This document shows positions 42,536-52,677 of a DNA stretch of 64,000 nt, in pieces. Source of the DNA: Nitrospirota bacterium (GTDB lineage Bacteria; Nitrospirota; UBA9217); NCBI GenBank assembly GCA_963790205.1, contig CAWBNQ010000006.1, forward strand, positions 1 to 64,000, read 5' to 3'. Each line of letters opens with the position of its first letter. The stretch's first letter is position 1. The position numbers and the translations under genes are program-made. The notes beneath the pieces were generated by a model that searched no databases, was not told the DNA's origin, and was given only the letters and a program-made list of their open reading frames with translations.

Positions 42536-42777
42536 ACCAGCGTCGGTTCGCGCGCTCTACAACAATTCGGCAACGACCTTCTAGTGTCTGGAGTGATGAA
42601 TAAGTTAAATAGTTCGTCACGTATCAACGTTATGTCCCCTATGTTGCATTGCTCCTCGCCATTATCTACTCGGTCGTGCTCACGGCGGCGTTCTTTTTCC
42701 TGACGGGGTATGTGCTGAAGAAGAAGAGGTGTGTGTAGGGAGGATGTGTTGTCGACAGAGATTTGATCGGAGATAAT

Positions 42778-43326
42778 ATGAAAGCTCTTGTTCCAATCGA
42801 AATAATCGAGAAGAAGATATTGTTGATCGACGGTCAGAAGGTCATGCTGGACAGCGACCTTGCAGCTCTGTACGGCGTGACTACGAAGCGGCTGAACGAA
42901 CAGGTTCGCCGCAATGTGAAGCGCTTTCCCGCTGATTTCATGTACCAGTTGTCACAAGAAGAACTCGATTCTTTAAGGTCGCATTTTGCGACCTTAAAGA
43001 ATAGTCGAGGAAAACACCGCAAATATATGCCTTATGTCTTTACCGAACAAGGCATAGCCATGCTCTCCAGCGTATTAAACAGTGGTCGGGCTATTGAAGT
43101 AAACATTCAGATCATGCGGACCTTTGTAAAGCTGCGGGAGATGATGGCATCACATAAAGACCTGGCAAAGAAACTCACTGATCTCGAAAAGAAATACGAC
43201 GGTCAATTTCAAATTGTATTCGAGGCCCTCAGGCAGCTTATTGAGATAGAACAGAAACCGAAGGGTAAGATTGGCTTTATCGCAAAGGAGCGTCAGGCAG
43301 TGTATAGGACGACTAAGAAGCGGTGA
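42778..43326 (+). CDS. ORF6N-domain protein
   Basis: GQKVMLDSDLAALYGV.TKRLNEQVRRN..RFP.DFM; PYVFTEQGIAMLSSVLNS..AIEVNIQIMRTFV. Confidence 0.92.
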   Translation: MKALVPIEIIEKKILLIDGQKVMLDSDLAALYGVTTKRLNEQVRRNVKRFPADFMYQLSQEELDSLRSHFATLKNSRGKHRKYMPYVFTEQGIAMLSSVLNSGRAIEVNIQIMRTFVKLREMMASHKDLAKKLTDLEKKYDGQFQIVFEALRQLIEIEQKPKGKIGFIAKERQAVYRTTKKR

Positions 43327-43340
43327 ATGTCAAAATAAAA

Positions 43341-44941
43341 CGGGCTGTTGCCCAAAGGACTTCCCGCGAACGATCAAGCGCCTTGATGCGTAAAGAGGTC
43401 TAAGCTAATGACGGGCAATATCGGTTCTGTCTCGAGGGAATATGCAAAATGAGCGATCCGAAAGCCTTTGCCACTGTTCTTTGAACAACGAGCAGCCGTA
43501 CCGCAGCTGCTTTCTTCGGCTTGGAAGCATGCGCTATTAGCACTTGCATGTTCTGGATGGCACAGGTCATATATTCCTGGACCCGCATTCGCCAAAGGCC
43601 TCGCCAGCGTGCTTGATCGAAGCCGTATCGGGTGCCCCTGGCAAAGGATCGCTCCATCAGGTGTTGTCTGGTTTTGATGTCGTACCGTGCATTGGCTGAT
43701 CGACTGATTGCACGCATGCGCTCCAGAACATTCTGCCGGAGATGACGCTTGATCGTTCGGCCGGACTTGTTTTTCGTGCATTGCTCTCTAAGCTGGCACG
43801 CTGCGCAGACTTTCCTGGGCGCTGCGTAATCCCGGCTTTGTCTGGCTATATGCAGCGACTTCGGCTTGAGCTGAGTTCCTGCCGGGCACATATAGGAGTC
43901 GGTGGCAGGATCATAGGAAAATCTATCTTCCATAAAGATGTCGGTTTTCGCTATGCGATTGATCGCCACGTCTCGTAAATCCGGGATATGCGCCTTTATG
44001 CCCTTGTCATGGCAGGCAAGGAAGTTGTCGATCGTTCCGTACTTACTGTCCGCAACAACCGTTTCGGCCTCGACTTCCGTTGTTGCGTGGTGTTGCTCAA
44101 GCAGCGAAAGCATCAGATGGGCTTCGTTCACATCGCCGGGCGCTACGTCGGTTGCAGTGATGATTTCTTTTTTACCGTCAACGGCCCGATGCACTTGGTA
44201 GGAAAGTTTGGATTTCCCCCGGTTCACCAGGGCCGCGTCCGGGTCGGTGGTGGAGATATAGCGGTTGTTCTTTTTTTCGTGGGTCCTGGAAGGATCAGTG
44301 CTTTCGGTGCGTTCTTCCAAGCGGGCTTCCAGCTTTTTATAATTTTTGTGCAACTGATGTTTCAGGTTCCGGGTATCGAGAACCGAACTGTTGGAGGCAT
44401 TTGCATCCACCAGACTGGAGTCGACGAAGATCTTGCGGCCGTCAATAAGACCGGCTTCCGCGCACTGCAGAACAATACGTTCGAAGAACCTTTGAAAAAC
44501 ATCGAGGCCCCATTTTTTGCGGGCCTTGGATAGCACGCTATGGTTGGGAATTTCAGAATCAAGGTCATACCCGAGAAACCAGAGCCAATCCATACGCTCT
44601 GGCAGGGTGTCCATCAGCTCCCGCTCCGAGCGGACATTATAAAAGATCAGGAGTAGCATCAGTTTCAGGATAATTGGTGGTGGCACTGAAACGTTGCCGT
44701 TGTTGCCGTACAAGTCCTTGACTTCGTCATAGGCGAAGTTGAAATCGATCAGCGTATTGACTTTTCTCAAAGGATGGTTCTCACGAACCCGTTTTTCTAT
44801 ATTGATGCCGATATAGAACAAGCTGCTTTGAGGCGGTTGCTGCAATCCCATCATGGCTATTGGCTCCTGATGTCGTGATTGACGTCGCAGCAATATAGCA
44901 TTACTGAGTGGCTTTCTCAATATCATTTGGGCAACAGCCCG
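43341..44941 (-). mobile_element. IS1182-family insertion sequence, copy 3 (intact), 4-bp TSD AAAA
   Basis: Same 16-bp TIRs; AAAA at 43337-43340 and 44942-44945; a few SNPs from copy 2. Confidence 0.92.
43400..44854 (-). CDS. IS1182-family DDE transposase
   Basis: Near-identical to 2394-3848. Confidence 0.9.
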   Translation of the reverse strand: MMGLQQPPQSSLFYIGINIEKRVRENHPLRKVNTLIDFNFAYDEVKDLYGNNGNVSVPPPIILKLMLLLIFYNVRSERELMDTLPERMDWLWFLGYDLDSEIPNHSVLSKARKKWGLDVFQRFFERIVLQCAEAGLIDGRKIFVDSSLVDANASNSSVLDTRNLKHQLHKNYKKLEARLEERTESTDPSRTHEKKNNRYISTTDPDAALVNRGKSKLSYQVHRAVDGKKEIITATDVAPGDVNEAHLMLSLLEQHHATTEVEAETVVADSKYGTIDNFLACHDKGIKAHIPDLRDVAINRIAKTDIFMEDRFSYDPATDSYMCPAGTQLKPKSLHIARQSRDYAAPRKVCAACQLREQCTKNKSGRTIKRHLRQNVLERMRAISRSANARYDIKTRQHLMERSFARGTRYGFDQARWRGLWRMRVQEYMTCAIQNMQVLIAHASKPKKAAAVRLLVVQRTVAKAFGSLILHIPSRQNRYCPSLA

Positions 44942-44981
44942 AAAAGACGTGACGCTCAGGTCTTCCGAGTGGAGAGTAGGG

Positions 44982-45011
44982 AATATCAAAATACAAGATG
45001 TGACCCTATGA
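44982..45011 (+). repeat. CAAAATACAAGACGTGACCCTAT-family repeat
   Basis: AATATCAAAATACAAGATGTGACCCTATG; 1 mismatch to 46500-46529. Confidence 0.8.
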
Positions 45012-45158
45012 GGTGCTTTTCTTATCGTCTTTTTGTTGTTCGAATTCGGGAAAGCAGCGGCCTTCCAGAGTGTCATGGCCATGCTCTTCAGGACCGCGGT
45101 CTGGCTGGCGATCTATTCCCTGGTCTTGTGGAAGAACAGGGGACAGGTAAAATAGAGC

Positions 45159-45235
45159 GAAGTGTGAAGTAAGAAGTGAGAATGGTGAAGAAAATAAATC
45201 GCTTCAAACTTCACCCTTCAAACTTCTAACTTCTA
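45159..45235. repeat. GAAGTTTGAAG heptamer hairpin element G
   Basis: GAAGTGT GAAGTAA GAAGTGA GAA...CTTCAAA CTTCACC CTTCAAA CTTCTAA CTTCTA. Confidence 0.8.
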
Positions 45236-45257
45236 CAAAGTAGACAGGAGGAAAACC

Positions 45258-45776
45258 ATGTTGCCCAGCCGTAACGATGATTTGCGCAAAGCCTACCGGA
45301 TGACCGCGTTCATCGGCCTGGCCATGATCGCGAGCCTAGTCGTCTATGCCGTCGTGGTCGAGCTCATCAAGAAGCAGAATGCGCCCTTCGGCGGGTACTC
45401 GCCCATGCCGCCCGATGTCTTCTCGACGCTTCGCTATGCGCTCATGGTTGTTGCGGCCGTGGAATTCTTTGTGATCAGGCTCATGAACAAGCTTATGCTC
45501 TCCGGGAAGGTCCCGCTCCAAAGTTCGCCCACGACCGTCAAGTTCACTCCCGAGCTGCAGCGGCTGGTGAGCGCGGCCGTCGTGACCTTCGCCCTGTGCG
45601 AGTCCGTGGCCATCTACGGGCTGGTGCTCTTCCTGATCCAGGGAAATTCCGGCGACTTCTATCTCTTCCTGGTCCTCTCGCTCCTGTTTTTCAGCACCTA
45701 CTTCCCGAGGTACGGCACCTGGGAGGAGTGGATCGCCGGGCAGGAGCGCGAGCAGTCCCGGCGGCCGCAGCCGTGA
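45258..45776 (+). CDS. 4-TM membrane protein of unknown function
   Basis: RBS AGGAGG; four hydrophobic segments; ALCES.AIYGLVL...FP motif. Confidence 0.75.
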   Translation: MLPSRNDDLRKAYRMTAFIGLAMIASLVVYAVVVELIKKQNAPFGGYSPMPPDVFSTLRYALMVVAAVEFFVIRLMNKLMLSGKVPLQSSPTTVKFTPELQRLVSAAVVTFALCESVAIYGLVLFLIQGNSGDFYLFLVLSLLFFSTYFPRYGTWEEWIAGQEREQSRRPQP

Positions 45777-45787
45777 AAGGCAGCCCC

Positions 45788-46294
45788 ATGAAATACATCT
45801 GCTTAATAGCAGTCGCGCTTGCACTCGCCGTCAGTCCGGCCTTCGCGCAGTTCTATCAGTATACGGACAAGAACGGCAACATTGTGATAACCGACAGCCC
45901 TCCGTCCGGCGCCGAAGTGCGGGAAAAGCAGGTCACCGGGGAGCGCGTCCACAGGTCCACGCGATCGGAAAGTGATCATCCGGCCCTTGAGAAGAAGGAT
46001 GATCCGGACCGGGCCGCGCAGGGGGAAGAACGATCGAAAAAAAATTACAGCCGGGTCAGTGTCGTGATGTACATGACCGACTGGTGAGGCTACTGCAAGA
46101 AGGCGCGTGAGTTCATGCGCTCGCTCGGGGTGGACCTCGTGGAGTACAACATCGACAAGGACAGCGGCAAGCGGGACGAGATGCGCCGAAAAAGCGGCGG
46201 AACCGGCGTCCCGGTGATCGACGTCGAGGGCACGATCATTCGCGGCTTCAATGCCAACGCGATCAGGGCCGCGCTCGATCAGAGCGCCCGGTAA
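45788..46294 (+). CDS. exported DUF4124 + glutaredoxin selenoprotein (Sec at TGA 46085-46087)
   Basis: Signal peptide, YQYTDKNG...TDSPP; MYMTDW[TGA]GYC continues in frame through GVPVI..G..I.GF to TAA 46294. Confidence 0.85.
46103..46120 (+). promoter_or_regulatory. bacterial SECIS-like hairpin
   Basis: GCGCGTG-AGTT-CATGCGC stem-loop starting ~15 nt after the UGA, G at loop position 2. Confidence 0.65.
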
Positions 46295-46499
46295 GCATTC
46301 CCTGGTATTCGTGACCCTGAGAGCTGTGCCCCGTTGAAGGGAAAGCATAGATAGAAACAACGTTATATATGGATAGAGCATGAGGATCCGAATCATGGGG
46401 TGTCATTGACTAGGGTCAGAATGTCTCTCAGAGTACACGGCGGCGTTCTTCTTCCTGACGGGGTATCTGCTGAAGAAGAAGTATGTGTGGAAATAGTGA

Positions 46500-46529
46500 A
46501 ATATCAAAATACAAGACGTGACCCTATGG
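46500..46529 (+). repeat. CAAAATACAAGACGTGACCCTAT-family repeat
   Basis: AATATCAAAATACAAGACGTGACCCTATG. Confidence 0.8.
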
Positions 46530-46539
46530 AGTCCCAGCG

Positions 46540-46640
46540 GAGGTACGATCAGGAAGAGCAACGTTATTGACAACGAAAGTGCTGCGATGAAGACCTCCCG
46601 TGGCGTGATTCAGGGCTATAACGGGCCGGACATGGTAGAC
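46540..46640 (+). pseudogene. transposase remnant (IS1182-like)
   Basis: Translates to KSNVIDNESAAMKTSRGVIQGYNG, resembling the SNxTDxESxxMK...QGYN block of IS1182-type transposases. Confidence 0.5.
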
Positions 46641-47353
46641 GGTATTAGATAGTCGTTCACGGGGAGGTTTGGAGAACCCTAATCCGACCTGCTGGGATCA
46701 TGGTCGCGAAGAAAAGTGCAAACTTCAAGACAGTGAATATTATTAGAGAAAGGATCGACGCATACCTTGTGGCCAGTAAAATACCAGTAGCGTGAAACTC
46801 AATTTCCCGAAGGAGGTAAGTACTAAAAAGAACTGTAGAAGCGGCTTGGGATCATCATCTATCGGCCGAAGAACTTTATCTTGAGCTCGAATAAGGACTC
46901 CTGTATCTTTCCAGCCCGCAAGTGTCTCTACTGAAGCGGCGAGAATGCTCTGATCAACGGAAGATGGGCCATTAAGTTTCGCAGTAGCAAAAGGTACTGC
47001 GTGCCCTGCGGACAAAGAGAAAAGCGCCTTCGCGATCTTCACCTGATGGAAATTCGTCAGGTTATTTATTTTGTGGTGTCTATTGGGACGCCAGGCGGAA
47101 ACATTCTCTCATAAGATACGGCGAGCGATATATTCAATCCAAGGCCATCTTATTTATTATAAAAGAAGGCTTGGGACAGCGGAACAGCATTAGCCAACAT
47201 AAGATGATACAAGGATTTAATCAATTTTCCTTCGTACTTAAGGATGAAATGATAATCTGAGCGGACGAATTAGATAGTTACATACTAGAATGAAGTAAGA
47301 GTCTTTTGACTTTTTTACAGGATTGTTAAGTATAAGTAATGGAGGCTTGTGAA

Positions 47354-47791
47354 ATGGCTAAAATAGTTTTGTATATAACTGCTTGTATCTTAATAGTGAT
47401 TTCTGTCGTAGTATTATCAGGAATCATAGTTGCTCATTTCATGTTTGCAGGCAAGACTCCCGAACAGTTAGTTACAATAATGGGAATCCACCCGAGATTC
47501 CCAAAACTGATATATTATGGTGCAATTTCAGGATTTATTTCGTCAATCATTTTTCTTGTTTCCGGAATCAATTTAGTCAGGCTACGAAATTGGGCCAGAA
47601 CATTGTTACTGTGGTTTATCCCACCAATGATATTGTTAGATCTTGTTTACTTTTATCTCATGGATATGCTTAACATACATAACGGCAGGACTTTAATTTT
47701 TGATTTGATTATATGGATGTTACTTCTCAATAAAAATATAGAAAAAGAATTTAGGAAAACTAATAAGGCTGAACGTGCCAGGAGTTTATGA
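47354..47791 (+). CDS. low-GC membrane protein (possible orphan immunity gene)
   Basis: AT-rich, 4 hydrophobic segments, RBS GGAGG, adjacent to Rhs. Confidence 0.6.
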   Translation: MAKIVLYITACILIVISVVVLSGIIVAHFMFAGKTPEQLVTIMGIHPRFPKLIYYGAISGFISSIIFLVSGINLVRLRNWARTLLLWFIPPMILLDLVYFYLMDMLNIHNGRTLIFDLIIWMLLLNKNIEKEFRKTNKAERARSL

Positions 47792-47849
47792 TATAAGCTC
47801 AAAAGCTGTGAACCTTTAGGGTATCTGCGGCCGGGTCGCAACGAACAAA

Positions 47850-50800
47850 GATAGCCTGAACAACACGATTAATTATACCTATGACTCCGAAGGCAACAAA
47901 CTGACCGAGCAGATCAATGACAGCGCGAACAGTCTCCAGAAGACGCTCAGCTATCAGTACGATGCGCTTGATCGGCTGGCGAAGATCGTGAACCCCGATA
48001 GTACGTTTACGCAGTATACCTATGACGGGACAACGGCCAAAGACCCGAATGGAAACGCGACTACCTACAACTATGATGCATTAAGCCGACTGGCTTCGGT
48101 CATCCAGCCCGGAACTGTTACGACAACTTATGGCTACAACACAAATAATAACCTGATTTCCGTGACGGATGCGAACAACAATACGACCTCGTACAAGTAC
48201 GACGACAAAGGTAGGGTCTATCAAGTCATCTCGCCGGACACAGGAACCACAACTTACCAGTATGATCCAGCTGGAAATCTCACGAGCAAGACGGACGCGA
48301 AGGGAATTACTGTTGCATATACGTATGACGCGGCAAATAGGCTAACGCGAATCCACTTCCCGTCTGATACCGACATTGTTTACGCTTATGATAGCTGCGT
48401 GAACGGCAAAGGCCGTCTTTGCAGCATGACCGACGCGAGCGGCACGACTGCTTACGAATACTCCGCGAAAGGTCAGATCAAAAAAGAAACGCGGGCCATC
48501 GATAGCATTCAATACGTCACCCAATACACCTACGATCAGAACGGCAACTTGAAGACGATAACGTATCCCAGCAGTCGCGTGATCACGTACACCGTGTCGA
48601 ACGATAAAGTGACCGCTGTTCTGAACAACGCCGCGAACCTTGCCACGAATATCAACTATAAACCTTTCGGCGGCGTTTCCTCGCTTACCTATGGCAACAG
48701 CATTGTCGGAACCATCGGCTACGATAACCAGTATCGCGTTACGAGCATCACAGCGGGAACCGTGATGAGTCTCGGCTATCCAACGTATGATGCGAACGGG
48801 AACATCATGGCCATCAACAACGCTCTCGATCCCACTAAGAACAAGTCATTTACTTACGATGCTCTTGATCGTCTCTCGACGGCAACGGCCACCGGCATAT
48901 GGGGCAGTCTCGCCTGGACCTATGACGGAGTTGGAAACAGACAGACGGAGAACGGAAACTCGTACACTTACGTTCCCAGCAGTAATAAGCTAAGCGGCGC
49001 CAATGGCCTGTCTTATGGATTTGATAACGACGGCAATACCACGATAGAAGGCGCACGTCAGTATATCTATAATCAGAACCAAAGATTGATCCAGGTAAAC
49101 AACGGTAGCACCATTGCGTACTACACCTACAATGGCAACGGCCAGCGAGTAAAGAAGAATGTTAATGGCGTAGTAACTATCTTCCATTACAGCCTGAATG
49201 GCCAGATCATTGCCGAATCAGATAGTGCTGGCACTATTACCGCGGAATACGTTTACCTCAATGCCCGTCCGCTCGTAAAGATCGAAGGGCCGAATAACTA
49301 TTATTACATCAATGATAGTCGTGAGCTACCCCCCTTTGTAGTGCCACTTGCAATTAGAGGTTTTGACCGATCTTTGACAATTCTTGCAGCTTGAATTCAG
49401 CAGGCGTCAGGTCGTTTAAAGAGCTGTGGAGACGAACCTGCATGTAATCGACCCGCCAATTCTCGATGATCTTTCGTGCATGATCCAAGCTCATGAACCA
49501 GTTTTCGTTCAGACATTCGTCGCGGAATCTGCCGTTAAAGCTCTCCATGTAGCAATTATCAACCGGCTTGCCCGGACGAATGAACTGTAGCTTGATCCCG
49601 CGCTCATATGCCCACGCATCCAGCGCGTTGCTGATGAACTCAGGGCCATTATCAACAACGATCTGCTCGGGAAGGCCGTGAATTGCCGATATCCGGGTCA
49701 GGACCTGTGCTACCCGCTTACCGCCGATCGATGTATCTACTTCAATCCAGAAACATTCTCTTGTAAACGTATCAATGATCGGAAGCGCCCGAAACCTTCG
49801 CCCGTTATGCAGCGCATCCTGAAGAAAGTCCATGGCCCAGAGTTGATTCGGCCGCTCTGCCTTGGGAAGTTCTATTCGAGCCTGAGCTGCCAGCTCCTTC
49901 ATCCTGGTACGAAGTGCTTCGTCCTTATCCGGTTTCCGTTTGTACCGCAGGGTGTTCCGGCTCAGGTCCACGAGGCGGCTGGCGCGGCGATCACTCAGCC
50001 CAAAGCAGTCTTTGATATAGGCTGCGGCATCCCGCCGTGCCTTGGGCGTTAGAAGTTTTTTGTTACTACCGCTTTCAGTGCCTGGTTATCAAGCGTCAGA
50101 TCGGCTACGATCTGCTTCAAACGTCGGTTCTCGTCCTCGAGCTGCTTGAGGCGCCTCACCTCGCTGACGCCCATGCCGCCGTATTTTGCTTTCCAGTTGT
50201 AATAGGTGGCGTCGCTGAATCCGTATTTGCGGCAGAGCTCGGGGATCTTTATCCCTGCATCTGCCTCTTTTAAAATTTTGACAATCTGCTCCTCCGAGTA
50301 CTTGCCTTGCTTCATCTGGTGCCTCCTTTTCGAGTGAGATATTATGTCACACTCTAATCGGAAATGGCACTATTTTCGGGGGGCAGGTCCGTCGCGCTAC
50401 TCCCCAGAAGATGGTGGACAGCACGGGCACAGTTGTATGGGCTGCTGATTACAAACCTTTCGGCGAAGCGACGATCACTGTGTCAACGATCACAAACAAC
50501 CTCAGATTCCCTGGGCAGTATTATGATGTGGAGACAGGATTGAATTATAATTACTATAGGGACTATAATCCGATGACTGGGCGGTATATAGAGGCGGATC
50601 CGATTGGACTGAAGGGCGGATTAAATCTTTTTGCTTATGCAAAAGGGTCACCGATTAAGTGGGTGGATCCTCGAGGACTTTTATGTGTTCGGATCTGGCG
50701 ATCAGTCACAGGATTTGAATACCACATTTGGGATACTAGGTGGAATAAGGAGGGAGAAACAGTAGTAGATCCGGATTTACATTATGGATATTGCCAATGG

Positions 50801-51010
50801 AGTAAAATCCAGGAAGGTTGGTTAAAAGAGTATGTAAAAACTACTTATCTCTGTTGTGAATGTTTTAAATGTCAAATAAAGACTGAAGAGACTATAGAAG
50901 AAGGGCGACATGATAAGGTGGTTGACACCAGGATTACATCTATGTCATTTTGGCCTGTGGGACCGTATCATACATATATACACCAGTGTCCAACTCCATC
51001 CGATATTTAA
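47850..51010 (+). pseudogene. orphan Rhs/YD-repeat toxin interrupted by IS3
   Basis: YD repeats; removing the IS3 and one GTCG restores YYINDSRATPQKMVDS in frame; core NLRFPGQYYD.ETGLNYNYYRDY...DPIGL..GLN..AY...DPRGL, then a variable C-terminus; no proper 5' start. Confidence 0.88.
49322..50390 (-). mobile_element. IS3-family (IS407-like) element, internally deleted, 4-bp TSD GTCG
   Basis: Imperfect TIRs TGAGCTACCCCCC..TAGTGCCA / TGGCACTA..GGGGGGCAGGTCC; orfA 50049-50315; orfB (WAMDF, VDNGPEF, ESFNGRFRDECL) 49354-~50050 lacks the usual HTH segment after ELAAQ. Confidence 0.88.
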
Positions 51011-51030
51011 AGGAGCTGAAAGGAGCTGAG

Positions 51031-51513
51031 ATGATCAATCTATTTGGCTTTCTGTTAATTATCGCAGGATTTATTATACCTTTCCTAACTGATGGGCAGA
51101 TACGATCAACATTCTTTTTTTTGGTCGGATTCCTACTGCTTCTTTGGCCGAACAAGTATTTCCCGAAGATGTCCTTTTGGTTAAAATGGGGTCGAATTGG
51201 CGTGATACTAAAAATATTCGGGACATTATTTTTGATTCTTTTCTTTAAGCTTATAACACAAACATCGTTTTCTTCAAGTTATTTTGCTCTGTTAATGTTA
51301 CAGATAACCAGTTATATCTTCAGTCCTTTTGCTAGAATATTTGATATCATATTGCCAAAGGGCCAGATAACAATGCCCGATGGAAGTGCTCAATACACTA
51401 TTAGTTTTATAAGAGCTTCGGTTACTAGTTTCTGCGATATCTTGGCATATATCTTAATTGGCATCGCAATCGGTAAATTAATTGCGATGAAACAGAGTAA
51501 AAAAACAACATGA
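51031..51513 (+). CDS. putative Rhs immunity membrane protein
   Basis: Low GC, directly after the Rhs C-terminus, RBS AAGGAG, multiple TM segments. Confidence 0.6.
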   Translation: MINLFGFLLIIAGFIIPFLTDGQIRSTFFFLVGFLLLLWPNKYFPKMSFWLKWGRIGVILKIFGTLFLILFFKLITQTSFSSSYFALLMLQITSYIFSPFARIFDIILPKGQITMPDGSAQYTISFIRASVTSFCDILAYILIGIAIGKLIAMKQSKKTT

Positions 51514-51819
51514 CACTGTGGGGAGGTTGTTTTTATGCTTGCTTTTCCGTATGGTCAAAATATTCAAACGCACTGTTTTGTATGATTTTTACAGCCTCGT
51601 GCCAGCCCTGATATCATTCGCCAATTGCGGCAGCGGATGAGTCGGCGGGTGCTCCGTCTCTCCCTGTTATGCGATCAATGATGAAATAGCATGCCCTCTA
51701 CAAGTACGATTCTTCAAAAAAGGGCCTTAAAACGCGAGGTGTCGTATCTATACTTCGATCAACAAAACCCGCATGACTACAGGGCTTTTTCTCTATGGGC
51801 CGGGAACGCTAGACCGCAC

Positions 51820-52340
51820 CTTTGACGACAAAGGTCGGGTCTATCAGGTCATATCTCCGGACACCGGGACCACTACTTACCAATATGATCCTGCCGGAAA
51901 CATGATCAGTAAAGCGGATGCGAAGGGAATAACCATCTCGTACGCGTATGATGCGCTGAACCGGCTCACTAAGATCGACTTCCCCACAGACACGGACATC
52001 GTTTATGTTTATGACAACTGCCTGAACGGGAAAGGTCGCCTCTGCTCGATGACGGATGCGAGCGGGACAACTGCTTACGAATATTCGCCAAAGGGACAAG
52101 TAAAAAAGGAAACGAAGACCATCGACAGCATCCAGTACGTCACACAGTACTCCTACGATCAGAACGGAAACTTGAAGACAATGACCTACCCGAGCGGCCG
52201 CGTGATCACGTACACGCTCAGTAACGATAAAGTAACCGCTGTCTTGAACAACGCCGCAAATCTCGCAACGAATATCCAATATAAGCCGTTCGGCCCAATG
52301 TCGTCGCTCACCTATGGAAACGGTCTCGCGGGATCAATGA
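51820..52340 (+). pseudogene. second Rhs fragment
   Basis: DDKGRVYQVISPDTG...KPFG..SSLTYGN nearly duplicates ~48200-48700; ends at the IS110 target repeat. Confidence 0.85.
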
Positions 52341-52439
52341 TAAACATAGGGGACATACTATAACGCTCCCGTCAAGTGACAGTTTAGTTTTCATAATTTT
52401 CAATCAGATGGTTTTCTGCGTCGATTGAAGACGCAGCTT

Positions 52440-52670
52440 TCCTCCCGGCATTCCTGCCAGCATCGCTTTGATCGGCGAGTCTCTCGCATCCAGACGAACG
52501 ATAACTCTAATCGTTACAGCCTATTCGGCATGCCGCGCTTTCAGTTTGGCCGCCCAGAATACCTTATCCAGATTCTATCGTTCAAACGAGAGGTCCTGTA
52601 TTGTCCCCACCGAGGTCGTAGCCTCAACGTAGTGTCCCGGGCTCTCTCGCCGAAATTGGTTTTTTACGTT
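52440..52670 (-). ncRNA. putative bridge/seek RNA of the IS110 element
   Basis: Nested stems (CGGCGAG/CTCGCCG, CTCTCG/CGAGAG, GAACGATA/TATCGTTC) and a loop carrying 12-nt and 7-nt matches to the two insertion flanks; boundaries approximate. Confidence 0.7.
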
Positions 52671-52677
52671 TCACGGA

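Noticed and set aside
30282..45235. Heptamer repeats as a CRISPR array
   Set aside because: No constant 25-45 bp repeat with unique regular spacers and no cas genes
46743..47042. 99-aa minus-strand ORF as a real gene
   Set aside because: No clear RBS or motif; lies in a decayed low-GC stretch and may be a fragment
28409..47800. Classical integron cassette array
   Set aside because: No integron integrase and no convincing RYYYAAC...GTTRRRY attC hairpins at gene ends by eye
52481..52592. Donor-binding guides in the second arm of the IS110 RNA
   Set aside because: Only matches of 6 nt or fewer to the predicted circle junction were found; not claimable without covariation analysis
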